Virus record (IMG/VR): IMGVR_UViG_3300015608_002982
Coordinates: 25,286 to 89,285 of that record
Reading direction: 5' to 3' (one strand)
Length of the DNA: 64,000 bases
Source of the DNA: a virus
Lineage: Duplodnaviria; Caudoviricetes
The translations under genes and the position numbers were made by a program. Shown here one piece after another: positions 56,801-64,000 of the stretch (the first letter of the stretch is position 1; every line of letters begins with the position of its first letter). Under the pieces are notes generated by a model. It was not told where the DNA came from, did not search any database, and saw only the letters and a program-made list of their open reading frames with translations.

Positions 56801-57022
56801 TGAGACTGAGAATGACGCGGCTGTTCTTACACCAATTGTATTTGTTACAAATTGATATGTCTTATTAGTAGAGTAAGTGTATGAGTAAGTTCCGGTAAGT
56901 TTCAATTCCCTTACATTTGCAATAGCATCAGCTTGTCCAGGTCCATTAGGACTACTTGCAATATTTATTTGCATTCTACCAGGAGCTGGTGTTGGTTTAT
57001 ACACCCAATAGTCATAACCCAT
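53810..57022 (-). CDS. Large probable virion structural protein
   Basis: 1070 aa; WxxG/FxxG repeats, PHGLVVGDLVTI module; TTATATATA at 57042-57050. Confidence 0.55.
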   Translation of the reverse strand: MGYDYWVYKPTPAPGRMQINIASSPNGPGQADAIANVRELKLTGTYSYTYSTNKTYQFVTNTIGVRTAASFSVSPGVWDDFMNYNGSVPGIPGATPSSSVLSTTTQSFYNYSTPPSTISSTVRSRYRANGTFSSADSLNPGILSAEIDELDFSLLGFSYYQDGVNRFKPSTSNSLGWVYDKGQDTYFWYDYIASTPSTLAEAQSRGYFPVGGSVNSKAPDVGYRLNNALYKFIPFSNFNFSFAYQNNGGFPLRIYLSPAAPILSPAYWSDTVYNPPSGSILLATITQSMSGTYSSYDNFISTNFFGVSGNRYLMLVGGFAGVSSSTATYSSIYIKNLKVDGSYHSGNNRQYVMNNYSTYSVPYQGLTGATYSAIVGYGNTINATASLVNPGLSQIYSKIGNGKFKAGIWENGVWNSGWRVDENMYEFHNIFRYFNYNRGNRWRLQVTGPTSSVAKFNIGDNVAISNIVAIDINEDRKLLKGYYTITSKTTDSIIVEFDNNFPLRRIEKDSEHHRIYVTKNVWLSGGFLNGYFTGIWNYGLFKGYPLITEMYNSHWIDGIFDGGHFYSELYSVPKFVDTIFQSGNVGLTFSSPHGLVVGDLVTIEKDDATINPQYNGDHYVTAVVNDYLVVIDAEWGYDTTNEGGSVFLDVSKGLLQKVNFKSNNISKVTSATSMESNAVFVYNSWMDLVYDADYATNIGKPQSMLNRLSRKSYSENNLYGYITKDILDSTSTFRDSFSTTIRSYRLGTKYKVFADFIGDAGNFEEDFGGTYSDSSLVPESSFLKYGWTYSKAGAYSLTFSRVQPDGGGTGEELKIQAFRSGGILDVTPLTDVDIVNKTYEEVQKLRYTKIEYDLVTYSTNIANYDSSFGNWHYPYLYKYKGNIVIDAYYVPPIHFNNLNIIKRNTVISGLTYSINTIASYLPINQNVNPFTTKYKKKVEYFYNKRNLGMHFYGYSSYATSDKTVDYVIDNLHFYEVDMIPFFLYFTPDNINKGIAVPYQGLSPFIDYTNSAFVFVDNISIGLDSIQTQNSNVAISGVGVGISNTVASGGIYYNPNLDQQAQASAVAFDAG

Positions 57023-57065
57023 TAAATTTATCTATTTTTATTATATATAAAATTCATATATTTTC

Positions 57066-60000
57066 TTATAAATATGTTTCAGACTGCCATCCAGTAGAGC
57101 TAACAGTTGCTGCAATAGTAGATTGTACTAAAACCTCATCTGCGGTATCTTTGAATATATTCCAAATATGACAAGATGATGTTCCACTCCAAGATGCTCC
57201 TCTATAAAGTATATTTAATGTATAATCATCTGAAACTTTACCATTAAATTCAAAAGATGAACCATACCAGTTACCATTTCTCCATAATCCATTTTCCCAG
57301 AAAACATTGAATGCATTCATATAAGATGCTATACCATTTTCCCATATCATACCAGTTGCTGTTCCTATTATAAAGTTACCATTTCTCCAATGTGAGATAT
57401 AGAAATCACTTTGTATTAAATCACCATTTTCCCAATAACAAGTACTATCATTAAAGTTAAATGATGGATATAATTTGTATATTTCAAGTGATCCAAATGA
57501 TACTGTGCCGCCTAAGTTGTTTGTATCAACATATAAAGATACACTACCACCATTTGTCTTGCCAGTAAATGTATTTAAGCCAATTGTTAATGGTGATGAA
57601 GCATTGAAATATGAGTATGTACCAACATTAACTTTTAAATTGATATTCGATGAGTGTGTTATTATATCTAAGTTAAATTTGTAGTAACCAGATGGTAATT
57701 TAGTAACTGTGTTGTATAAGTATAAACCAGATGCTGAAACGCCACCAACATATCGAGCAGTAGATGAAAAAATACCAAATGTTGCTCCTGTTGTAGAAGC
57801 TGTTGCCCAACCTGAACTTGTGCCGGGAATTATGTTAAAATCTGAATTATATAAAAATTGTTCATTTCCTATAATTTGAGGTCCTGCATTAACTTGACTT
57901 CTCTCAACATAAGGATTGAAAGAACTGCCTATAAATTTACCTCTTTCAAATGCACCATCTAACCAAACAGAGCTATTCATTTCACCACTTGGGTGGCTAA
58001 ATGTACCATTAATCCAAAGAGCATTTTTAAATACGGCTTTTCTTTTCTCTACATTTAATTTTTCTAAAATATTTGCCTTAATAGGTTTTGTATAAAACTT
58101 TTGGTCTTTTATAAATTTATCCTTAGTATTTGTTACTAAACCATTTCTCCATTTACCCCAATATGAGTTTGTAAATGAATCAACAAATGATTGAGCGTTT
58201 GCTGAAGTAAGACCAGAAACTGGATTTCCTCCACTTCCTTGGAATTCACCATATAGGAATACCCCATTATTCCAAACTCTACCCTTGAATATACCACCAT
58301 TAAAGTCACCATTGTACCAAGTTGAGTTTGATAAGCCGTTTGCATTACCAAAATCACCACCGTTAAATGTACCGCTTTCCCATCCATAGTATGATGAGTT
58401 TATGTTTTCGCTTTGTGTCCATCCATAAGATGATAGGAATTTACCACCATTGAACGTTCCTGATTTCCATTTAGCATTAGTTATAAATTGACCACCATTG
58501 AACGTGCCATTATACCAAGTTGCTGTGTTAATTGCAGTTTGTGAGGTATTAGAACCAAATATTCCATTTTTAAATATACCATCTAACCAATATACATTCT
58601 GACTATACGTTCCATTTAAGCTTGTATCACTAGCATATATAGCAGCATTCTCAACAGTAGCATAACTAACAGTACCATTGTAAAATATAGTATCAGTAGA
58701 TGATAAATTATTACTTCCTATGACACCATATTTGAATAAACCATCATACCATTTTGAGTAGTAGAATATACCGTTATAAAAATTACCTAATTCCCAGTCA
58801 CTCTTTAAGAATTCACCATTATAGAAATTACCTTTTTGCCAAGAGTTTCTATTATTTGGCAAAGGATATCCTTTTCTGTAATAAGAGTTTATATTTTCTG
58901 AGTAATAATTAGGAGACGAAACACTTGCTGTACCATTAAAAGTTCTTGAATTATAGAATGTACCACTACTAAAGTTACCATCTACCCATCTTGTATCTAT
59001 TACAGTACCATTACTAAATGTGCCGCCATTCCATACAGAGTCTTTAATAATTCCTGAGTTCCAAATATCAGAGCCATTTATAAAGAATGAGTTCAAGTAA
59101 GTGGCATTTGATAATATATTTCCATTATTTGCAAATAAGGCATCAGATACTAATAAACCTCTTATCTTTTCAAGATTTGTTAAATCTTTATCTGAATAAT
59201 CATAGTCTATATTTTGTAATAAAGATGATGATATATAGGACCTTCTGAAGAAACCAGACTTAATATTTGATTTAGTTATCTTTAGTTTTTTAATATGACC
59301 GTATCTATTTTCTGTATTTTTTGTATAGAAATAACCATTAGATGCGGATAAACTTATTATTTTACTATAAGTTCCAATTTCCTGAAGTTTTATAACAGAG
59401 TTTGAATTAGATATTACTTTATAGGCATCAGGTATTCTTGATGTCGTAAGACCATATGTATAATCAACAGAATCAAGGAAAACAACACTACCAACTTCAA
59501 TTGGTTTTGACTCAAGATATATTGGATTATAAGAATATGTTGCAGTTAGGTTTAAGTTTGAATCAATTGATATATTATAGGAACCACCAGTAGCACCTGG
59601 TATAGTCATATTATTGTCATTATTTGACTCAATATGTGATCCACTATTCCAATCACAGTTTTCCATCAAACCACTATCAAAGTCAGAATCAACAACATAA
59701 GCCTTTGATGTATCAATTATAGAATTATTCAAATATGTAAAGGTTGATGTGTTATAGTCAAAGTCTATATTATCATTTGTTAGATTTGAATTAATGTCAA
59801 ATCTACTAACCCAAATATCAATTGAATAGTATTTATTGTTAGGATTTAAAGAAGTTATATCTGTATATCTTCTTGTTCCAAGTGGTGGAAATGTACCAAC
59901 TACACTGTTAAACTTATATAAGTTCTCTGATGGTGTTGATAAAAACACTGAATACTCATACCCTCTCTTAGACCAGTATGATGTAGGTGTTGTTCCGACA

Positions 60001-61763
60001 ACATCATCAATATATTCTGTCCAAGATCCAATTTTAAATTTCTTATCAAAGAAGTTTATCACATCTTTTGATAGATTGTTTATTTTAAGTCCTTTAATAT
60101 AAAATGTATCACCTGCTCTTAGTCTTTCATATCCACTTTTATCTATATAAAATTTGAATACTTTTTGGTCTATGCTATTTGTAGAGCTAAATGTATAACC
60201 TGGACTAGTTGTTTCCGATGCGGTTAATTCATCATAAGCATATATTTTAATAATATTATCACTATTATAATTTGAGTTTTTTAATACTGAATTATTAAAA
60301 TATGAGTTTATAGATTTTACACTTTCAAACTTAGAGTTATTTGATTTTGTATTTTTTAACTCAGAGTTTTTAAGATATGAAATATTAAATTCACAATCAT
60401 TAAAATACGAGTTGTTAATTTTATTAACAAATAACGAGTCATAGTTAAGTAACTCATTTTCAACAACTGAAAAGGTTGAATATGATTGAGTTCCAAATGA
60501 TGTTCTATAAAACGACCCATTTTGAATCTCAGATTGTTCAATTTTTGAATTCCATATAAAGTTATATCCTCTACCCGCATTATTAGGTGAATTTACCTTT
60601 TGGTATGGTAATCCATATTCATCAAAGCCTGAAAAATAACTTTGAGATGCAGTATATAAAGAATTTATTTTACCTTTTTTCCAAACCGTATTTAATAATG
60701 TACCAACATTCCAAGTTGATAAATCACCATGCCACTTTATTCTTTTCTTATAATGACCGTATAAACCAGAATTCCATTCTCCTCTGAAGTTACCTCCTCT
60801 AAAATTATTTTTAGTTAAATAAGGTGCAAAATAAGCATCATCAACAACCCATTCTGATTGCGTTGGGCCTACATACCATTTATACACATATCCTTCTTTA
60901 AATTCTTTACCATTATAAATAAAGTCAGCATTCATTATCTTAATTCTATTTACATTTGAATAAGTTGCAGATAGTGAATATGAGTAGCTACCACTATTAA
61001 TAAGTGGTGTTGTTATATTAGTCCATGATGCGGTTGAGCTTCTAACAAAAAAACCTGGAGTTCCTGATATACCATTATTTAAACCCCAGTTTTGTATTGT
61101 ATTATAGTTAGAATCAATATATGCTATATTATTTTGATAGTAGCTGAATTTGTACTCAAATTTAGAACCTCTTGTTGTTATAGCTCTATTGGCGTTTAGG
61201 AACTCAGATTTATCTCTTATATAATATACTTTGATAAAATCATCGTCTTTTGATGTTATGTATGGTTTAACACCAGTGTAATCTATATCTAAAACAACTT
61301 TACAGTTTTCTATAGATAATATTTTATATCCATCTTTACCCTTTTTATACTTATCTTTTTGTATAAGAGTGTCACTATCATAGTTACCATTAATTATAAA
61401 AACTCTATCACCTACTTTTAAATCAGAATTAACTTCTGTATAGAATAGTGTTTTTATGGAACCTTTTATTTCATAAGGCTCGACCCAATTTAATAATTTT
61501 GAGCTAAACGTTTTATTTGAGTTTGAAATTAAACCAGCTAATGGATTATAACCCACAAGTTTTATATTAGCACCTAATCCCAATAACTCAGCTTTAGTAA
61601 CTAATAATGGCTTTGTTGTTATCTTATCATTTACTTCTTTAATACTAGCATTTGTCAATGTTGGTACATTACTAACCGGCTCAAGATATTGAGGTGTTAC
61701 AGGTTCTAACGAAACATCAAATATTTTTTTTCTAATATTTGAATCTATAGAGTAAGTAGCCAT
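57066..61763 (-). CDS. Giant probable virion structural protein with extensive [WF]xxGx repeats
   Basis: 1565 aa; LKVGDRVFI modules; many WxNGxFxxG units. Confidence 0.55.
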   Translation of the reverse strand: MATYSIDSNIRKKIFDVSLEPVTPQYLEPVSNVPTLTNASIKEVNDKITTKPLLVTKAELLGLGANIKLVGYNPLAGLISNSNKTFSSKLLNWVEPYEIKGSIKTLFYTEVNSDLKVGDRVFIINGNYDSDTLIQKDKYKKGKDGYKILSIENCKVVLDIDYTGVKPYITSKDDDFIKVYYIRDKSEFLNANRAITTRGSKFEYKFSYYQNNIAYIDSNYNTIQNWGLNNGISGTPGFFVRSSTASWTNITTPLINSGSYSYSLSATYSNVNRIKIMNADFIYNGKEFKEGYVYKWYVGPTQSEWVVDDAYFAPYLTKNNFRGGNFRGEWNSGLYGHYKKRIKWHGDLSTWNVGTLLNTVWKKGKINSLYTASQSYFSGFDEYGLPYQKVNSPNNAGRGYNFIWNSKIEQSEIQNGSFYRTSFGTQSYSTFSVVENELLNYDSLFVNKINNSYFNDCEFNISYLKNSELKNTKSNNSKFESVKSINSYFNNSVLKNSNYNSDNIIKIYAYDELTASETTSPGYTFSSTNSIDQKVFKFYIDKSGYERLRAGDTFYIKGLKINNLSKDVINFFDKKFKIGSWTEYIDDVVGTTPTSYWSKRGYEYSVFLSTPSENLYKFNSVVGTFPPLGTRRYTDITSLNPNNKYYSIDIWVSRFDINSNLTNDNIDFDYNTSTFTYLNNSIIDTSKAYVVDSDFDSGLMENCDWNSGSHIESNNDNNMTIPGATGGSYNISIDSNLNLTATYSYNPIYLESKPIEVGSVVFLDSVDYTYGLTTSRIPDAYKVISNSNSVIKLQEIGTYSKIISLSASNGYFYTKNTENRYGHIKKLKITKSNIKSGFFRRSYISSSLLQNIDYDYSDKDLTNLEKIRGLLVSDALFANNGNILSNATYLNSFFINGSDIWNSGIIKDSVWNGGTFSNGTVIDTRWVDGNFSSGTFYNSRTFNGTASVSSPNYYSENINSYYRKGYPLPNNRNSWQKGNFYNGEFLKSDWELGNFYNGIFYYSKWYDGLFKYGVIGSNNLSSTDTIFYNGTVSYATVENAAIYASDTSLNGTYSQNVYWLDGIFKNGIFGSNTSQTAINTATWYNGTFNGGQFITNAKWKSGTFNGGKFLSSYGWTQSENINSSYYGWESGTFNGGDFGNANGLSNSTWYNGDFNGGIFKGRVWNNGVFLYGEFQGSGGNPVSGLTSANAQSFVDSFTNSYWGKWRNGLVTNTKDKFIKDQKFYTKPIKANILEKLNVEKRKAVFKNALWINGTFSHPSGEMNSSVWLDGAFERGKFIGSSFNPYVERSQVNAGPQIIGNEQFLYNSDFNIIPGTSSGWATASTTGATFGIFSSTARYVGGVSASGLYLYNTVTKLPSGYYKFNLDIITHSSNINLKVNVGTYSYFNASSPLTIGLNTFTGKTNGGSVSLYVDTNNLGGTVSFGSLEIYKLYPSFNFNDSTCYWENGDLIQSDFYISHWRNGNFIIGTATGMIWENGIASYMNAFNVFWENGLWRNGNWYGSSFEFNGKVSDDYTLNILYRGASWSGTSSCHIWNIFKDTADEVLVQSTIAATVSSTGWQSETYL

Positions 61764-61787
61764 CTAATTTAATAAAACAATTTTATG

Positions 61788-61796
61788 TATATATTA
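61788..61796 (-). promoter_or_regulatory. TAATATATA phage promoter motif
   Basis: 24 nt upstream of ATG 61763. Confidence 0.55.
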
Positions 61797-61811
61797 TTTA
61801 TTAAGACTTTC

Positions 61812-61842
61812 TTTGATATTAAACTTTGTTTAATTAACTTTG
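61812..61842 (+). promoter_or_regulatory. Bacteroidota housekeeping-sigma promoter
   Basis: TTTG 61812-61815, 19-nt spacer, TAACTTTG 61835-61842. Confidence 0.75.
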
Positions 61843-61851
61843 TAAAATATT

Positions 61852-62565
61852 ATGGATAAAAAGAAAATATTGATTTTTACTGGAGCAGGTGTTTCAGCTG
61901 AAAGTGGAGTTGCTACTTTTAGAACTGGAGATGATGGACTTTGGTTTAATCACAAAGTAGAAGATGTTGCCACACCTGGCGGCTGGAGTAGAGATAAAGA
62001 AAAAGTTCTTAATTTCTACAATATGAGACGTGCTCAATTGAAAGACGTAGAGCCAAATTTAGCACATAAAATAATTGCTGAGTTAGAAAAAGATTATGAT
62101 GTTACAGTTGTTACACAGAATGTAGATAATCTACATGAAAGAGCCGGTTCGACTAATGTAATTCACCTACACGGTGAGCTAACAAAAGTTCGTTCTACAT
62201 TAGACCCATCGTTAGTTTATGATTGGACAGAAGATTGTAATCTTGGTGATAAGTGTGAAAGAGGTTCTCAATTAAGACCACACATTGTTTGGTTTGGTGA
62301 AAACTTAGAACAAAAAAATACTGATTTAGCAGCAGAGGCGGCAAAAGAGTGTGATGTTTGTATTATTGTTGGTACTTCAATGCAGGTTGCACCAGCAAAC
62401 TCAATTCCTTTCTTAACGAAAGAAACAGCTATTATCTATTGTGTAGATCCATCAGACATTGATTTTTATATGCCTGAGTATAGAAGAGCATTTTTTTATC
62501 ACTATAAAGAGCAAGCATCAACAGGTATGGAAAAAGTTAGAAACGATATAAAAGAATACTTATAA
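61852..62565 (+). CDS. cobB: Sir2/CobB NAD-dependent protein deacylase
   Basis: GAGVSAESGVATFR, FYNMRR (YxxR), TQNVDNLHERAG, HG, LRPHIVWFGE, VGTS. Confidence 0.93.
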   Translation: MDKKKILIFTGAGVSAESGVATFRTGDDGLWFNHKVEDVATPGGWSRDKEKVLNFYNMRRAQLKDVEPNLAHKIIAELEKDYDVTVVTQNVDNLHERAGSTNVIHLHGELTKVRSTLDPSLVYDWTEDCNLGDKCERGSQLRPHIVWFGENLEQKNTDLAAEAAKECDVCIIVGTSMQVAPANSIPFLTKETAIIYCVDPSDIDFYMPEYRRAFFYHYKEQASTGMEKVRNDIKEYL

Positions 62566-62567
62566 TT

Positions 62568-62834
62568 ATGAATGATAAATATTTAAAAGGCTTACTAAAA
62601 GACTACTACAATATTGGCGGAGGCAAAAAATATGGAGATTATTTAGTTTATGGTTTAGATAAAGATGATTCAGACTTATCAGACTACTCCGACTATTCTG
62701 ATTTATATACTCAAATAGTTAAATACTATAATGTAAAGACTGAAGAAGAATCAGAAGAACAAAAGGCTATAAGACTGGCTAAAGAAAAAGCCGAAAAAAG
62801 AAATAATAAAATTGATCAAATTTTAGGTGAATAG
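62568..62834 (+). CDS. Hypothetical protein with C-terminal tag
   Basis: Ends KRNNKIDQILGE. Confidence 0.6.
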   Translation: MNDKYLKGLLKDYYNIGGGKKYGDYLVYGLDKDDSDLSDYSDYSDLYTQIVKYYNVKTEEESEEQKAIRLAKEKAEKRNNKIDQILGE

Positions 62835-63399
62835 TATATCACAAATATCAATTGCAAATTGGGTTACGGCTTTTTTAATAGTCGTGCCTTTATTTGCTTT
62901 TTTTATTTCAATTCCGAGTTTTATATCTATGTATAAACTTGGTTTCAAGGTTTATATAGAACAATTGGTACTTTTGAGAACAATGTTAAGAAAACTATCA
63001 ACTGGTTATAAGGTAACTGTAAATCAATCCTATGCATATAGTGGTGTTGGTTATAATGGCCCACCAACAATAACACAAGTTGAGACTAATCATTTCTTTC
63101 CAATCGTTATTAATAAAGACAATTTATTAGTTCTTAATAAAAAAGAAGGACCTTTTAATACTTTACATATTCAATATTGTAAGCATATAAATGATAATTG
63201 GGAAAATAATATAGTGCAAATAAAAACCAGTAGTTGTTTATTTACTCAAATTCTAAATGATAGATTTCAAAAGAAAGTTGATAATCTTATGAAAGAATCT
63301 GTTCAACTTGACGATGTTGAAAATCTAAATGAACTATTAAATAGTCAAATAAAATCTATTACAAGAGAAGATAAACTTAATGCTATATTAAATGATTAA
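62827..63399 (+). CDS. N-terminally anchored membrane protein with C-terminal tag
   Basis: Hydrophobic N-terminus; ends TREDKLNAILND. Confidence 0.6.
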   Translation: MNSISQISIANWVTAFLIVVPLFAFFISIPSFISMYKLGFKVYIEQLVLLRTMLRKLSTGYKVTVNQSYAYSGVGYNGPPTITQVETNHFFPIVINKDNLLVLNKKEGPFNTLHIQYCKHINDNWENNIVQIKTSSCLFTQILNDRFQKKVDNLMKESVQLDDVENLNELLNSQIKSITREDKLNAILND

Positions 63400-63565
63400 A
63401 AGAGATATTATCATAGTAGATTATTTTAGTAAAATAACAACAACTGAAATTTCTGATGCTGATAGAGAATCACTGAATAAGTTAAATATTCGTGTTAAGA
63501 ATATGCGTAAGTATAGAGGTCGTATTGAAAGACGAAAAGAAAAAATCAAAAATATTTATGGATAA
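63392..63565 (+). CDS. 57-aa protein with C-terminal tag
   Basis: Manual translation MIKRDIIIVDYFSK...ERRKEKIKNIYG; overlaps both neighbours; not in ORF track. Confidence 0.6.
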   Translation: MIKRDIIIVDYFSKITTTEISDADRESLNKLNIRVKNMRKYRGRIERRKEKIKNIYG

Positions 63566-63752
63566 CAGAGACGTTATTGATATTTTTAACCAATTAATAA
63601 ACGGTAATAAAAACTTTATACTTGGTAAAGCCAGACAAACAGGAAAATCATATTCATCCTCAAAGGCTCTTAAAGATTGGCGCCTTATATTTGATAAATA
63701 TAGTCGTGCTCAAGATAGAAAAGAAACCATAAAAAGACTTTTTAATATATAA
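63558..63752 (+). CDS. 64-aa tagged protein containing a terminase Walker A-like peptide
   Basis: NKNFILGKARQTGKS; ends DRKETIKRLFNI; start refined to ATG 63558. Confidence 0.6.
   Translation: MDNRDVIDIFNQLINGNKNFILGKARQTGKSYSSSKALKDWRLIFDKYSRAQDRKETIKRLFNI
63743..63751 (+). promoter_or_regulatory. TAATATATA phage promoter motif
   Basis: 19 nt upstream of ATG 63771. Confidence 0.5.
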
Positions 63753-63770
63753 GAAAACATATTTATTTTT

Positions 63771-64000
63771 ATGAATTTACAAGAATTATTAAATAAGTGG
63801 AACATTAAATGTGATGTTAATACTTTACTTGCTATGTGGAATGAATCACATAGAGCTTATCACACTCTAACACACTTGAATGATTTGATTGATCAAATCA
63901 ATGAGAACAAATCAAAATATTCAGAAAAAGAATATGAAAAATTAATCATTGCTTCACTTTTTCATGATTGTGTTTATGACCCTATGAAGACTGATAATGA
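63771..64000 (+). CDS. HD-domain phosphohydrolase (partial, runs off window end)
   Basis: HRAYHTLTHL...ASLFHDCVYDP..TDN; not in ORF track. Confidence 0.75.
   Translation, partial: MNLQELLNKWNIKCDVNTLLAMWNESHRAYHTLTHLNDLIDQINENKSKYSEKEYEKLIIASLFHDCVYDPMKTDN

Noticed and set aside
61852-62565. Sir2 as part of a Thoeris/DSR-type NADase defence system
   Set aside because: Sequence is a typical stand-alone CobB deacylase with no fused sensor or partner genes
1-64000. Alternative genetic code (stop-codon reassignment) as in some huge phages
   Set aside because: Long ORFs are intact under code 11 and TAA, TGA and TAG (e.g. 7751-7753) all terminate genes at sensible positions
1-64000. tRNA, rRNA or tmRNA genes
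   Set aside because: No convincing cloverleaf or T-arm signature seen by eye; GATTCGAATCCCC near 25194 lies inside a coding region. tRNAscan/Aragorn would be decisive

Overview
A 64 kb, strongly AT-rich segment of a large T4-like (Tevenvirinae-grade) phage genome that almost certainly infects Bacteroidota. Host evidence: seven TTTG/TAnnTTTG-type host promoters, a phage bS21 gene, and a Bacteroidota-type CobB. It encodes RecA/UvsX, a gp46/SbcC gene fractured by an apparently cysteine-free atypically split intein around a free-standing endonuclease, PhoH with two inteins (one class 3), several free-standing homing-endonuclease-like genes, GreA, bS21, DnaJ, SET, sirtuin, an Hc1-like protein, nucleotide-processing enzymes, and two blocks of giant probable virion structural genes. 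Two pervasive peptide tags stand out. (1) About 16 proteins begin with a T4 capsid-targeting-sequence-like N-terminus (K[KT][YF]xxF[IL]xE), usually just behind a phage-type TAATATATA motif. (2) About 17 small proteins carry an RxxK[IL]xx[IL][LF] helix, mostly at the C-terminus. Several of these tagged proteins consist of isolated signature motifs of essential phage proteins (major capsid gp23, portal gp20, terminase gp17 Walker A and motif III, tail sheath N-terminus, PolB motif B), suggesting an undescribed system of tagged mimics or decoys. No tRNA, rRNA or CRISPR array was seen. All homology calls come from motif recognition by eye; no database searches were run.
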